Notes: generated by a model not told the origin, from the letters alone. Positions 19,910 through 31,239 are shown, numbered from the stretch's first letter. The stretch: DNA of 64,000 bases from Candidatus Marinamargulisbacteria bacterium (GCA_049889215.1 JBMHDV010000027.1:97185-161184); one strand, 5' to 3'. Program-made: numbers and translations.

Positions 19910-20716
19910 ATGAGAGAATACCTAAATTTAATACAACATATTTTAGATACTGGCGAAGAAAAGTCTGATCGAACAGGCACAGGGACCATTTCAACCTTTG
20001 GCACACAAAGTCGTTATGATTTGCGCGATGGGTTTCCACTTGTAACAACCAAAAAAGTATACTTTGATAGCATGCTACGTGAATTATTATGGTTTATTCG
20101 AGGTGCAACCAATATTAACGATAATTTAAATACAAAAATTTGGGATGCTTGGGCTGACAATGACGGTAATTTAGGACCAATTTATGGATATCAATGGCGA
20201 TTTTGGGAAAAATATGAAACTAAAGATGATGGGTCACTAAACAAATCTCATATTGATCAATTAACGCAGCTTATTGATGGCTTAAAAAATAATCCAGATT
20301 CCAGACGCCACATTGTGACAGCTTGGAATGTTGCCGATTTAGATCGCATGGCGTTGCCACCATGCCATACCTTTTTTCAGTGTTATGCTTCTAATGGTCA
20401 TCTTGACCTGCAATTGTATCAACGTTCAGCTGATGTTGCTGTTGGTGTACCATTTAACATTGCAAGTTATTCATTGTTACTCATGATGCTTGCCAAAGAA
20501 TGTTCGCTTAAACCACGTTACTTTGTACACACCATTGGTGATGCTCATTTGTATTCAAATCACTTGGAAGGCGTTAAACAGCAATTAACCCGTTCGCCAA
20601 AGCCTCGACCAGTGGTTGAAATAGCAGATAAACCATTTTTTGAATTAACCTTTGATGATTTCGAACTAAAAAATTACACACATGACGAATTTATAAAGTT
20701 TGAGGTTGCTGTGTAA
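19910..20716 (+). CDS. thyA: Thymidylate synthase
   Basis: [38 protein letters not shown]. Confidence 0.98.
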   Translation: MREYLNLIQHILDTGEEKSDRTGTGTISTFGTQSRYDLRDGFPLVTTKKVYFDSMLRELLWFIRGATNINDNLNTKIWDAWADNDGNLGPIYGYQWRFWEKYETKDDGSLNKSHIDQLTQLIDGLKNNPDSRRHIVTAWNVADLDRMALPPCHTFFQCYASNGHLDLQLYQRSADVAVGVPFNIASYSLLLMMLAKECSLKPRYFVHTIGDAHLYSNHLEGVKQQLTRSPKPRPVVEIADKPFFELTFDDFELKNYTHDEFIKFEVAV

Positions 20717-21222
20717 TGGCATTTGATGTTGTTGTTGCGCATGATTTAAAGCAAGGAATTGGCATAAATAATAGTCTTCCTTGGCACTGTAAGGCTGATA
20801 TGGCTCATTTTAAAGCCTTAACAACAGATTTAAAAAGCAATAAGGAAAATACCGTAATTATGGGACGAAAAACATGGGAGTCCATTCCAGAAAAGTTTCG
20901 CCCATTACCAGGCAGGAAAAACATTGTTTTATCCAAGTCCCAGCCAACAATTGAGGGTGCCGTTGTGGCCTCATCGTTGGCAGATGCCCTTGAGAAGGCA
21001 GGCACTGATTCAAATGTTTTTGTTATTGGGGGTGGTCAGCTTTATCAAGAAGCCATTCAACATAACGAGTGCAATACCTTGCATGTCACTAAAATATTCT
21101 CCACATTTGAATGTGATGCTCATTTTCCTGACTATTCCAATTTTAATTGTACATTTGCGTCCAATATCTGGGTTACGAATACAGTAAATTGTGCATTTTT
21201 TAGATACGAAAAGAAAGTCTAA
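20716..21222 (+). CDS. folA: Dihydrofolate reductase
   Basis: GIGINNSLPW, VIMGRKTWESI, RPLPGRKN, IGGGQLY. Confidence 0.96.
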   Translation: MAFDVVVAHDLKQGIGINNSLPWHCKADMAHFKALTTDLKSNKENTVIMGRKTWESIPEKFRPLPGRKNIVLSKSQPTIEGAVVASSLADALEKAGTDSNVFVIGGGQLYQEAIQHNECNTLHVTKIFSTFECDAHFPDYSNFNCTFASNIWVTNTVNCAFFRYEKKV

Positions 21223-22643
21223 TTGGCAATTCGTTTTGCCATTCCTCTAAAAATAACTTCATGAGGCAAGTGTAAGCCATACCAATATAACCTCCCCATG
21301 ATTCCTCGTGGCCGAAAAGTAGCCTCTTGTCGCAATAGTGTTTTGCCATCCTCATTATAAATAGACCACTCCAACCAGGCTTGCCCTGGCAACTTCATTT
21401 CAGCGTAAAGCAATAACCGTTTTTCCTGTTTATTTGCTAAAATTACTCGCCAAAAATCCAATGCATCTCCAGGGTTTATTTTTGTTGCGTGTGTGCGGCC
21501 TCGACGTAATCCAACACCCCCAATGCACTTATCAATAAACCCACGAATCCGCCATAAGAAATTACCAAAATACCAGCCATTATCTCCACCAATTGACCAT
21601 AAGCGATCAATGCATGCAATCTCATCGGTTAATGGAATAATTTGAACGTTTTTTAAACACCCATAGGACGGCACTTGAATATATTTGGCCATGGTATTTG
21701 ATTTTGTAATATGCCAACTATCTTTCCAACTTGAAATAACCGTATTTTCCTCGATTCGTGTAAATGTGCGCTTTAACGACGCATCAAAATTGAGGTATTT
21801 TATGGACGGAATCAATTGTTTTATGCGGTCATCCACACAGATGCTATCAGATTTCATGCTATCAACCAAATACTTTGCTAACGAAAAGTTTGTGGACGTG
21901 ACAAAATACAACCACATTGAAGATAATTTGAGTGATAATACGGGAACTGAAATAATGTATCGTTTTAATTGTCGAAATTTTGCAAATTTAAGCATCATGT
22001 CTTTAAACGTTAATGTTTCGGCACCGCCAACATCAAAAACATCATCATAGCACGCTTTTTGGTGAACAACTTTGAGTAATAATTGAATAATATTATGAAT
22101 TGAGATAGGTTGGCATCGATTATTAATCCACTTCGGCGCTACCATAACAGGTAATTTTTCAACCAAGTCTCGAATAATTTCAAATGATGCTGATCCTGAA
22201 CCAAGAATAATACTTGCCCTTAAAACTGTGGTTGGAATGTGGCTTTGTAGAAGAATATTTTCAACATTGACCCGTGATTTCAAATGCAGTGATAAATGAG
22301 CATAGTTTGCAAGACCACTGAGATAAATAATTTGCTCGCATTGCGTGGGTTTTAACAGTTTTAAAAAATTTAGTGCGAGAGTTGCTTCCATATTTTCCAG
22401 ATCTTTGACTCGGTCACTCATGGCATGCACTAAAAAATAAGCAACATCAATATCCTTAGGCGCGGAGGAAAGGCCCTCTCCAGTCAATAAATCAGCAATA
22501 ATGACGTTGCAGCCTAGGTTTGTAAAGTAATCCACTCGCTCTGGCTGTCGAATTAAGCATGTAACCGTATGATTGTCTTTTAAAAGCGCTGGAATTAATC
22601 GCTTTCCAATATAGCCAGTAGCACCCGTTAATAAAACATGCAT
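21219..22643 (-). CDS. NAD(P)-binding SDR/epimerase with C-terminal DUF2867-like domain (YbjT-like)
   Basis: TGATGYIG Rossmann motif; GSGSASFE; IGGDNGWY..LWRIRG; AEMKLPG. Confidence 0.85.
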   Translation of the reverse strand: MHVLLTGATGYIGKRLIPALLKDNHTVTCLIRQPERVDYFTNLGCNVIIADLLTGEGLSSAPKDIDVAYFLVHAMSDRVKDLENMEATLALNFLKLLKPTQCEQIIYLSGLANYAHLSLHLKSRVNVENILLQSHIPTTVLRASIILGSGSASFEIIRDLVEKLPVMVAPKWINNRCQPISIHNIIQLLLKVVHQKACYDDVFDVGGAETLTFKDMMLKFAKFRQLKRYIISVPVLSLKLSSMWLYFVTSTNFSLAKYLVDSMKSDSICVDDRIKQLIPSIKYLNFDASLKRTFTRIEENTVISSWKDSWHITKSNTMAKYIQVPSYGCLKNVQIIPLTDEIACIDRLWSIGGDNGWYFGNFLWRIRGFIDKCIGGVGLRRGRTHATKINPGDALDFWRVILANKQEKRLLLYAEMKLPGQAWLEWSIYNEDGKTLLRQEATFRPRGIMGRLYWYGLHLPHEVIFRGMAKRIAN

Positions 22644-22655
22644 AATAACACGGCC

Positions 22656-23378
22656 TTATTCAGGGATTTTTTCTCCGTCCCAAGCAAATACATATCCACT
22701 ATCATCAACAGACACCTGATCAATAATATTATCGAAAATATATTTAGCGGACTGTGCTGGTGTAAATAACTTGTGTTCAGGCACATGATTTTGAAACGGC
22801 TCAGATAAAGCTGTATCAACTGTTCCAGGGTGAATACCAAAAATGGTCAGTGTTTTATTGTACCGTTTCATTTCTATAGCTGCAGTACGTAAAATCATAT
22901 TTAATGCAGCTTTCGCTGCACGGTAAGAATACCATCCACCCAGTTTATTATCACCAATACTCCCCACGCGTGCGGTTAAAAACCCCATCTTCGCAGGGCT
23001 GGCTTTGCTCATGTGTTTAGCAACATGCTTAATAATCATCGCATGAGTAATTGCGTTGACTTTGTATGACCAAACCATATGATCAATATCCAATTGCCCC
23101 AATTTTTTTTCAGGCATGATATTGGGTTGGTGCAGTGCCCCAATGGCACTTAAACATAAATCAAATGGCTGACTTGAATGACTTGCAATGATTTCAGCAA
23201 GGCTATTGTCATCATCTGGGTCCCAATGTACCTGTTTTACTCTGTCATCAACAAGCTGTAGTGATGACGAGTATCGTAATGGCACCAGAATGTGACAATG
23301 TGGGTAACGTTGCAATAACTCGTTAATAAGAGCTGCACCAACCCCTCCAGATCCCCCAAATACAATGGCTTGTTCCAT
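22656..23378 (-). CDS. Short-chain dehydrogenase, C-factor/CsgA-like
   Basis: GGSGGVG, ARVGSIGDNKLGGWYSYRAAKAALN, HPGTVDT. Confidence 0.88.
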   Translation of the reverse strand: MEQAIVFGGSGGVGAALINELLQRYPHCHILVPLRYSSSLQLVDDRVKQVHWDPDDDNSLAEIIASHSSQPFDLCLSAIGALHQPNIMPEKKLGQLDIDHMVWSYKVNAITHAMIIKHVAKHMSKASPAKMGFLTARVGSIGDNKLGGWYSYRAAKAALNMILRTAAIEMKRYNKTLTIFGIHPGTVDTALSEPFQNHVPEHKLFTPAQSAKYIFDNIIDQVSVDDSGYVFAWDGEKIPE

Positions 23379-23413
23379 AATTTAGTTATACCCAAAAATC
23401 ACAAAAAAATCAC

Positions 23414-23441
23414 AAAAAAAAGGGCCGCATAAGCGACCCTT
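23414..23441 (-). terminator. Rho-independent terminator of the beta-barrel gene
   Basis: Minus strand reads AAGGGTCGC-TTAT-GCGGCCCTT followed by a U tract. Confidence 0.8.
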
Positions 23442-23469
23442 AAATTTGTGTTTAATTTCGATTAGGAAA

Positions 23470-23964
23470 TTAGAATAAGTAAGCTACACCAACTCTTCCA
23501 TTTGAGAAAAGAGCAGTAGTTTTTTCATCAGATGTTGGAAGGCCAAGTGCATTAGCTTTATATTTCAGAGTGTTTGTAGAATAAATATCTGCTTGAGTTG
23601 TTAATACAATGTTAGAAGATAATGCTCTTTCAAAACCTGCAGACAAAGCAATTGTGGTGTTAGTATCAATATCAGTACCAAAAGCTTTTCCAGAAATAGT
23701 AGCGTAGTTAACACCCGCTGTTAAAGCAGTTACTGAATCTAATGCAATTTTATAGTTTGCACCAACTGTAATTTTAGTTCCTTCAGATTTTGCAGTTGCA
23801 TCATTCGTTGAATTTGAAAACGATACTTGTGCGTTGTACATATCATCAGTAATGAAAGCACCTAAGCCATTTTCTTGCTCACCGATAATTCCGAATCTTG
23901 GTGCAGCATTTGTTGCAGTTGCAACAACTAATAACATAACGATAGATAATATTGATTTTTTCAT
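23470..23964 (-). CDS. Small outer-membrane beta-barrel protein
   Basis: Signal peptide MKKSILSIVMLLVVATATNA; alternating beta strands; C-terminal VGVAYLF beta-signal; AAGGAG RBS and its own terminator. Confidence 0.75.
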   Translation of the reverse strand: MKKSILSIVMLLVVATATNAAPRFGIIGEQENGLGAFITDDMYNAQVSFSNSTNDATAKSEGTKITVGANYKIALDSVTALTAGVNYATISGKAFGTDIDTNTTIALSAGFERALSSNIVLTTQADIYSTNTLKYKANALGLPTSDEKTTALFSNGRVGVAYLF

Positions 23965-24159
23965 TTTAATAATCTCCTTAAGATTTTTGTAGGTTGTAAA
24001 AAATTTAGTAGTTTAAATATTTATACATACACCCCTTTCTTATATCAATAATTTTGAAATATGATCTAATTCTACTTTTAATTTTTTTGAAATTCAAACT
24101 TTTCTTATGTCCCATGAATGCCTATAATAATGAAGGAGCTTTTTAGATGGGAGATAAAA

Positions 24160-25158
24160 ATGAACCAAACCGTTAGTCAAGAACAATCAACAAATGACTT
24201 AATCAAAACAGCAAATGATCAAATATCTATTTTGAATCAACAATGGCAAGCTGTAATTGTTGGCCAACACGATATTTTAGAAAAAGTTTTAGTCGCTTTA
24301 TTAGCAAATGGACATGTTTTGTTAGAAGGTGTTCCTGGGTTAGCTAAAACACTCATTATTAACACACTGGCTCAATTACTCGGTGGGCAATACAAGCGGA
24401 TTCAATTTACTCCAGATTTATTACCCAGCGATATTACTGGAACACAAATATACAATACACAAAAACAGTCATTTGATACTAAAAAAGGACCCCTCTTTGC
24501 CCAGTTTATACTAGCGGATGAAATTAATCGGGCCCCAGCTAAAGTTCAAAGTGCACTATTAGAAAGCATGCAAGAACGTCAGGTTACTATTGGAAATGAC
24601 ACTTATAAACTTCCCGCACCATTTTTTGTTTTAGCAACCCAAAACCCATTGGATCAAGATGGTACTTATCCATTGCCAGAAGCACAAATGGACAGATTCA
24701 TTTTTAAGACGGTGTTAACCTACCCAACAATTGACGAAGAAAAAGAGATCATTAAACGGTTTCAACAAGGGTTTCCAACCATTAGTAATGCCGTTATGGA
24801 CATTAATGCCATTAGCAATATTCAACAATTGGCAGGTCAAATTTACATCGATGAAAAGGTAAGTGAGTACGTTGTCAGATTAATCACGGCAACTCGACAA
24901 CCAGAGCAGTTTGGGTTGGATCATTTGCAACCATACATTCGTTGTGGAGCATCACCCCGAGCAACAATTGCATTTATCACAGCATCAAAGGCATATGCAT
25001 TTTTACAGCGACGAAACTATGTAATTCCTGAAGACATTAAACATCTTGCATACGATGTTTTGCGTCATCGGTTAAATTTAACGTTTGCAGCAGAGGCAGA
25101 GTCAATGACGGCCGACAAAATCATTGAAACGATTCTTGGTAATGTTGAGGTTCCTTAG
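24160..25158 (+). CDS. moxR: MoxR-family AAA+ ATPase
   Basis: GHVLLEGVPGLAKT, RIQFTPDLLPSD, DEINRAPAKVQSALLE, TYPLPEAQMDRF. Start 24160 chosen from the GGAG RBS. Confidence 0.95.
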   Translation: MNQTVSQEQSTNDLIKTANDQISILNQQWQAVIVGQHDILEKVLVALLANGHVLLEGVPGLAKTLIINTLAQLLGGQYKRIQFTPDLLPSDITGTQIYNTQKQSFDTKKGPLFAQFILADEINRAPAKVQSALLESMQERQVTIGNDTYKLPAPFFVLATQNPLDQDGTYPLPEAQMDRFIFKTVLTYPTIDEEKEIIKRFQQGFPTISNAVMDINAISNIQQLAGQIYIDEKVSEYVVRLITATRQPEQFGLDHLQPYIRCGASPRATIAFITASKAYAFLQRRNYVIPEDIKHLAYDVLRHRLNLTFAAEAESMTADKIIETILGNVEVP

Positions 25159-26024
25159 TGAACGCTAAGGAACTATTAAAAAAAATTCGCACCATCGAAA
25201 TTCAAACCAAGGGCTGGGTGGATTCTATTTTTAGTGGGGCCTATCATTCTCGGTTTAAAGGGCAAGGCGTGCATTTTAATGAAGTTCGGCAATACGCCTA
25301 CGGTGATGACATTCGACGAATTGATTGGCGAGTCACCGCCAAATTGAATGAACCTTACATTAAAGAGTTTGAAGAAGAACGAGATTTAGTAGCAATCATT
25401 GCTGTTGATATGAGCCAATCACAGTTTTACCAGTCGGGAGACCAATCCAAGTTAGATAAAGCACTCGAAATTGCGGGTATCTTAGGTTTTTCAGCTGTAG
25501 CAAATGGCGATCAAGTTGGATTAGCGTTATTTACAGATGCCGTTGAAACATTTATTCCACCCAAACAAGGGAAGCAACACATGTTTACCCTTCTTTCTCA
25601 TATGGTGAACCATCAGCCGGCATCCAATCAAACCAACGTGCGCCAATTATGTCAGACCTTGATGAATGCATTAAATCGACGAAGTGTTATATTTTTACTA
25701 TCTGACTTTATTTCTGATAACTACGATACTGACTTTAGAACCCTAGCTCAGAAACATGATGTAATCCCAATTATCATTCAAGATCCTATTGAGGTAGCTA
25801 TTCCACCTGCTGGAATTGTTGCTTTGCAAGATGCTGAGACAGGTGAAGAAGTACTTTGTGATACCCGCTCATCAGAATTTCAGTCAAAAATAACAAGTGT
25901 TTTAAATAGCCGAAAAAAACAGCGTGAACGAATGTTTCAAAGTGTTGGGGTTCGGTCAATCAATATTTTGACTGAGGATGATGCCATAGCACCATTACAA
26001 CAGTATTTTAGGGCTAGGAAATAA
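25158..26024 (+). CDS. DUF58 domain protein (VWA-like, MoxR-associated)
   Basis: GAYHSRFKGQG..EVRQY..GDDIRRIDWRVTA, KEFEEER. Confidence 0.92.
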   Translation: MNAKELLKKIRTIEIQTKGWVDSIFSGAYHSRFKGQGVHFNEVRQYAYGDDIRRIDWRVTAKLNEPYIKEFEEERDLVAIIAVDMSQSQFYQSGDQSKLDKALEIAGILGFSAVANGDQVGLALFTDAVETFIPPKQGKQHMFTLLSHMVNHQPASNQTNVRQLCQTLMNALNRRSVIFLLSDFISDNYDTDFRTLAQKHDVIPIIIQDPIEVAIPPAGIVALQDAETGEEVLCDTRSSEFQSKITSVLNSRKKQRERMFQSVGVRSINILTEDDAIAPLQQYFRARK

Positions 26025-26872
26025 TGATACAAAGCATTTTTTTTGCGTTAATGTCAGTAGTAATACAGGGTCTTCCAACGCATTACCTATCCCCTGAAAA
26101 AGTCTTTGTTGGAGATAAAATTACATATACGATTGAAGTGCCTGCTGAGGTTGTTATTGATTTAAAAGCCCCGACTTTAAATGGGTTAGAAATACTAGAA
26201 AATAGCATCGATCGTCGGCCAACGGCAACAGTTCATCAATTTTCTTATCAAGTATTTTCTATTGAGCCCATTATTATCCCAACAGTTTCAATTAACTCAA
26301 TTAACGGACTGGCACCCACTACACTTAAGCCCATTATTTTATCTGTTCAGTCATTGGTATCACCAACAAAAAATCAGTTAAATGATATTGCACCCATTTT
26401 AAGTTTATTTTTTATTTCTTGGCCGCTTATTTCGTTTATTTTAATCGTTTTAATTCTTCTTGGTGTCAGCCTATATTCATGGCGAACAAAAAAGCGTAGG
26501 CAGCAAATTCAAGCATCAGAAATTCCAGAAATCACACCATTTGAACATTTTCAAAAACAAATGCAACAACTGGAACAAACAATCAATTCAGATGATGAAG
26601 TGATACGAATAGCTTATTTTAAATTAACTGAAATTTTCTTCACGTATTTTACAAATAAAACAAACATAAATGTAATTGATGCAACTACTGTTGAAATGAA
26701 ACGCCTATTAAAATTGAACAAAACAATGGATCAATCGCTGACAAAATCACTCATTTTAATTGCCGAAGAATTGGATCATTTCAAGTTCAGTAAACATCCG
26801 GAAAGGTCAGAAGCAAGCATAAAGGACATGCTTAAGCGAATAAAAAAGATAGCTAAAGGAATGGAACAATGA
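26024..26872 (+). CDS. Membrane protein of the Bat operon
   Basis: VFVGDKITYTI Ig-like N-terminus, one TM helix, helical C-terminus; position between DUF58 and batA. Confidence 0.65.
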   Translation: MIQSIFFALMSVVIQGLPTHYLSPEKVFVGDKITYTIEVPAEVVIDLKAPTLNGLEILENSIDRRPTATVHQFSYQVFSIEPIIIPTVSINSINGLAPTTLKPIILSVQSLVSPTKNQLNDIAPILSLFFISWPLISFILIVLILLGVSLYSWRTKKRRQQIQASEIPEITPFEHFQKQMQQLEQTINSDDEVIRIAYFKLTEIFFTYFTNKTNINVIDATTVEMKRLLKLNKTMDQSLTKSLILIAEELDHFKFSKHPERSEASIKDMLKRIKKIAKGMEQ

Positions 26873-27873
26873 TTTTTAAATATCCTTTTATGTTTATTTT
26901 ACTTGTCCCAATTTGCTTGATGTATAGTTTAGTCAAACGATCAAGAACAGATCACACAGTTAAATTTCCAAAAGCCAGTTGGATGACTCAATTAAAATCA
27001 AAAAGAGCCTTAAATGCAGTCAAATTGACTCGTTTTATTGAAATTATCACATTGTTATTGGTTGTTATTTCACTTGCCCAACCGCAACTTATTACTGCAA
27101 AAAAGTTACAACAGAAAAAGGGCATTGATATTGTTGTTGTACTCGATACGTCTGGCAGCATGAGCGCTGAAGATTTTAAACCAAAAAATAGAATAACAGT
27201 CGCTAAAAATACGTTAAATAAGTTCCTCAAGCAAAGACGTAATGATCGTATTGGGCTTATTGTTTTTGGGAAAGATGCAATTACCAAAGCTCCAATAACT
27301 TATGATCATGATATTATTCTGAATCAATTAAGCCAAACGGATATTGGTGATGCTGGAGATGGAACAGCCATCGGGCTTGCTCTTGCAACAGGGGTTAATC
27401 GACTGGAGCAATCATCCGCAACATCAAAAATTATTATTTTACTAACAGATGGTGTGAATAATGCCGGTCAAATTGACCCAGTATCTGCAGCGCAATTTGC
27501 GAAAAATAAAAATATAAAAGTGTATACCATAGGGATTGGAACAATAAAGGGTGCTCCTATTCCAATTTATCATCCAACATATGGAAAAATTTATGCACGT
27601 TATCCAAATGGCCAATTGGTGTTAACAGAGCTTGATGAAGAAGTTCTTAAAGAGATTTCAACAATTACAAATGGAAGGTATTTTAATGCGACAGATACTG
27701 ATGAATTAAAAAAAATCTATAAAGAAATTAATGAACTCGAAAAATCAACCATCGATTCAGCAAAGCAAATCATTGTTTTGGATATTTTTCCGTATCTATT
27801 GGCCATAATTATAGGCCTGTTACTTATTCGAGAAGGGTTAATGGTCTCGTATTTAGTTGGAGTTAGAACATGA
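26869..27873 (+). CDS. batA: BatA-like VWA domain membrane protein
   Basis: N-terminal TM helices; MIDAS DTSGSM, DRIGLIVF, GTAIG, LLTDGVNNAG. Confidence 0.88.
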   Translation: MIFKYPFMFILLVPICLMYSLVKRSRTDHTVKFPKASWMTQLKSKRALNAVKLTRFIEIITLLLVVISLAQPQLITAKKLQQKKGIDIVVVLDTSGSMSAEDFKPKNRITVAKNTLNKFLKQRRNDRIGLIVFGKDAITKAPITYDHDIILNQLSQTDIGDAGDGTAIGLALATGVNRLEQSSATSKIIILLTDGVNNAGQIDPVSAAQFAKNKNIKVYTIGIGTIKGAPIPIYHPTYGKIYARYPNGQLVLTELDEEVLKEISTITNGRYFNATDTDELKKIYKEINELEKSTIDSAKQIIVLDIFPYLLAIIIGLLLIREGLMVSYLVGVRT

Positions 27874-29555
27874 TTTTTTCAAATTCATTAGCCGCTTGGT
27901 TGTTATTTTTAGTTCCAATATTGGGACTTATTTATTATTTTAGGTTTAAAGATCGCCTAAAATTATGGCAGTTTTTTCAACATCAAAGTCGCTGGAATCA
28001 AACCATACAACTTAGTGATCAGGGCTTCTTTTTTTGGAAGAAAGCCATTGCATTAATTGTTTTATTACTAATGATCATTGCATTCATGAGACCTCAATTT
28101 GGAGAGCGCATTGAAACAGTTGAGCGAAATGGCCGTCAAATTTATTTTATAATCGACACATCGTTAAGTATGTTAGCAAAAGATCAATCAACAACACGTT
28201 TAGAGGTTGCTAAATATCATATCAATCAATTATTACCAAAGTTGCAAAACGATATTATGGGAATTATTCCCTATTCATCCACAGCTTACACGTATTTACC
28301 ATTAACCAGTGATCTATCAGCAATTACATTATTTTTAGATGATGTTTTTGTTGGAATGATTGGATCTGCTGGATCGAATATAATGAATGCGCTTCAAGTA
28401 GTAAGCAATTCAATTAAAAAACAAGGAAACAACGCATCAACCTTAATTATTTTTACTGATGGAGAATTTTCCAACGGGTTAGACCAAGACAAAATTGATG
28501 GGTTTTTTAATAATCAACCGATTGATACCGTGGTTGTTGGATTAGGCTCAACTCAAGGAGATCCAATTCCATTAAACATTGATGGCACCATTAACTATAA
28601 AAAAGATGGTGCTGGGAATATCGTTATTTCTAAGCGGAATGACACCAACCTTTCTCGCTTAGCAGAGGTTACCAACGGTAAAGTGTTTGATGGTAACTTA
28701 AGTCCGATTGTTGCAGAAAAGATTTACGTGTATTTATCGAATTTAGAAACCCAATTACTGCAACAAAAACAGAAGGTAACCAAAATAGACCGCTACCACT
28801 GGGTATTAATGATCGTCTTATTTTTATTATTGTTGGAATACATTTACCCGCGATTGTACTTAGCATATTTTTCAAAAACACAATGGTTGGTGTTTTTTTT
28901 ATTATCAACAAACCTGATGGCGGCACATCCAGGAAATAAAGCCTACAGTAATCAAGATTATCAAAAAGCAAAAATGGCCTATAGTGATGCGTTAAAAAAA
29001 CAACCAGATAATGCAAAATTAAATTATAATCTTGGCAATGTCTTTTACAAAGAAAAAGACTACGCCAATGCCATAACTGCCTACAGTGAAGCGGTTGAAA
29101 AACTATCCCCACGTCAGCAGACCAATGCTTTATACAATATTGGCACATCATATCTTCAACAAAAGCAACTCGATAAGGCCTTAGCCGCTTACAAAGAAGT
29201 ATTAAAACGTGATCCAAACCATAAAAAAACAAGAGAAAATATTGAAATTGCTTTAAGGCAACAGCAACAGCAGCAACAGCAGTCATCTTCTGGAAATCAA
29301 GGTGAATCGTCAAAAGATGAAGAATCTACACCACAAAATAACGGTTCAGAACAACAAGAATCCAATGAATCTATGGTATCTTCAAAAGAAGATGATCAAC
29401 AAGAAAATGAGTCAGAATCAGAGCAACAAATGAGCAGTAAATCGGAAGAGTTAAACGAACAACAGATTCAACAATTGGTTGATGATGCTGAACGAATGGC
29501 AAGGCAGCAAAAGCAAAAAGATCTTGAACAATTATTTAGGCAAAGCGAGTGGTAA
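27870..29555 (+). CDS. BatB-BatC fusion: VWA + TPR + Q/E/S-rich tail
   Basis: RPQFG, DTSLSM, FTDGE VWA motifs; then TM, TPRs (YNLGNVFY, YNIGTSY) and a polyQ/acidic tail. Confidence 0.85.
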   Translation: MIFSNSLAAWLLFLVPILGLIYYFRFKDRLKLWQFFQHQSRWNQTIQLSDQGFFFWKKAIALIVLLLMIIAFMRPQFGERIETVERNGRQIYFIIDTSLSMLAKDQSTTRLEVAKYHINQLLPKLQNDIMGIIPYSSTAYTYLPLTSDLSAITLFLDDVFVGMIGSAGSNIMNALQVVSNSIKKQGNNASTLIIFTDGEFSNGLDQDKIDGFFNNQPIDTVVVGLGSTQGDPIPLNIDGTINYKKDGAGNIVISKRNDTNLSRLAEVTNGKVFDGNLSPIVAEKIYVYLSNLETQLLQQKQKVTKIDRYHWVLMIVLFLLLLEYIYPRLYLAYFSKTQWLVFFLLSTNLMAAHPGNKAYSNQDYQKAKMAYSDALKKQPDNAKLNYNLGNVFYKEKDYANAITAYSEAVEKLSPRQQTNALYNIGTSYLQQKQLDKALAAYKEVLKRDPNHKKTRENIEIALRQQQQQQQQSSSGNQGESSKDEESTPQNNGSEQQESNESMVSSKEDDQQENESESEQQMSSKSEELNEQQIQQLVDDAERMARQQKQKDLEQLFRQSEW

Positions 29556-29562
29556 ATTAACA

Positions 29563-31239
29563 GTGACGAAATTTTTATTAGGTATACTATTTTTTACACT
29601 ATCATTAACCGCAAATGATTTTGATTTAAACTCAAGTATAAGTAAGTCTAAGGTGTATCAAAATGAGCCATTTCAGCTCACATTATCGGTTAGTGGATCA
29701 GACCGTGATTTATATAAATCAATTCAAAAACCAGATTTAAACAAAAATTTTACAATTATATCCACGAGCCAGTCATCATCATTTTCTTATCAAAATGGCA
29801 TTTCAAATCGCTTAAGGCGATATCAGTTTCAATTGATTCCTAAAGACTCAGGAATATTTATTATTGATCCATTCAAAATTACGTATAAAGGGCGGGTATT
29901 TTCAACCAAACCCCTTCGCCTAGTTGTTCGGGAAGGAACCATAAACCAACCACAGCCAACCCAACAGCCATTGCGGCAAAGAGTCGCACCTACAAATCAC
30001 AATACAAAGACAATTTTTCTCGAGGCAGATGTGTCGACCACTAATATATTTATTGGAGAAAGCATTGATTATGCTGTCAGATTATACAGACGAGTATCAT
30101 TGTGGAGTTCCATTTCAATTAGCCAGGAAGACATTCAGGGTGTTTGGCAGAATAATAAAGATGTTACACCTGAACGGGTGGTACGAAAATTTGGCCGGCG
30201 ATATTACGAGCTTGAGTTAACAAAAAAAGAAATCAGACCACTAGAAACAGGCATTCTTAGTATTCCATCCTTGCAGGCCCGATTTGTTGTTAGTCCACTT
30301 TCAGGGCAGTATCAATTAGATTCAGATATCGTTACAATTAATGTGCAGCCCTTGCCCACGCCCATTCCAGAATCATTTACTGGTGCTATTGGTACCTACT
30401 CTATGAATATTGTAACTCCAAATGCGATTTCAAGTGCAAATACCATTCAGCTTAAAATTAATATTACTGGAAGAGGAAATACAGCTGCAATAACACCGCC
30501 AATTATTCAAGACACTCCAGAATATCGAGTCTTATCAGCACCTGCCTCAGATAATATTGATCAACAAAGAAACCAACAAAGTTTTGATTATGTTATTATT
30601 CCAAAAGTATCTGGCTTATTATCAATTCCCACAATTAAATTTTCTTATTTTGATAAATCATCAATGAGTTATTTAACACTGTCTACGCCCACATTTTCAA
30701 TTGATGTTCCAATGGATGCGTTAGAAGTACAAGTTGAAAATCAAGAGGTTGAAAAGGATATCCAATTTCTTGTGGATAATGACATAATTAACAAGGTCCA
30801 ATCTTGGCTAAATCAATCTGTTATTTTAGCCATCGTCTACATTGCAAATGCGCTTGTTTTAATCGGTGGGGTTATGGTGTTTATAGTAAAAAAAATAAAG
30901 CCAAAAAAACCATCACATCAAAAACAAGTAAAAAAACTTCTCCAACAAATTAAAATGATCGATAAAAACACCAGTATTATTGAAATGGAGCAAATTCTTA
31001 TCAAAGGTTTAAATTATTTTATAAAATACCCAGAGCAATCTCTGCAACCCAAAGAAGTTGAATCATCATTAGTAAAGGCAGAATTATCTGATCCTGTTGT
31101 AAAAAGTACGATGCAGTGGATAAAAAATGCTCAGATTTTACGCTATGCTAAAGACAAAGATATTGACCAAAATCATTCCAACTCCGAAAGCCTTAAACGA
31201 ATATTAAAAGAAATCTATAAGGAATCAATGATTAAATGA
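29563..31239 (+). CDS. batD: BatD-like exported protein
   Basis: GTG 29563 gives a signal peptide; SQSSSFSYQNG, FTGAIG, I.GRGN, FSYFD motifs; C-terminal TM helix. Confidence 0.8.
   Translation: MTKFLLGILFFTLSLTANDFDLNSSISKSKVYQNEPFQLTLSVSGSDRDLYKSIQKPDLNKNFTIISTSQSSSFSYQNGISNRLRRYQFQLIPKDSGIFIIDPFKITYKGRVFSTKPLRLVVREGTINQPQPTQQPLRQRVAPTNHNTKTIFLEADVSTTNIFIGESIDYAVRLYRRVSLWSSISISQEDIQGVWQNNKDVTPERVVRKFGRRYYELELTKKEIRPLETGILSIPSLQARFVVSPLSGQYQLDSDIVTINVQPLPTPIPESFTGAIGTYSMNIVTPNAISSANTIQLKINITGRGNTAAITPPIIQDTPEYRVLSAPASDNIDQQRNQQSFDYVIIPKVSGLLSIPTIKFSYFDKSSMSYLTLSTPTFSIDVPMDALEVQVENQEVEKDIQFLVDNDIINKVQSWLNQSVILAIVYIANALVLIGGVMVFIVKKIKPKKPSHQKQVKKLLQQIKMIDKNTSIIEMEQILIKGLNYFIKYPEQSLQPKEVESSLVKAELSDPVVKSTMQWIKNAQILRYAKDKDIDQNHSNSESLKRILKEIYKESMIK

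Noticed and set aside
23393-23420. Direct repeat CAAAAA(AA)TCACAAAAAAA
   Set aside because: A short low-complexity duplication adjoining a terminator U tract; only about two units and no spacers.
29259-29282. CAA/CAG trinucleotide repeat
   Set aside because: Encodes the polyQ linker typical of BatC-like tails; it is not a CRISPR or contingency locus.
28669-29313. 214-aa minus-strand ORF
   Set aside because: Antisense to the batB/C TPR and polyQ region; its AVAAVAV stretch is just the reverse complement of CAG/CAA codons.
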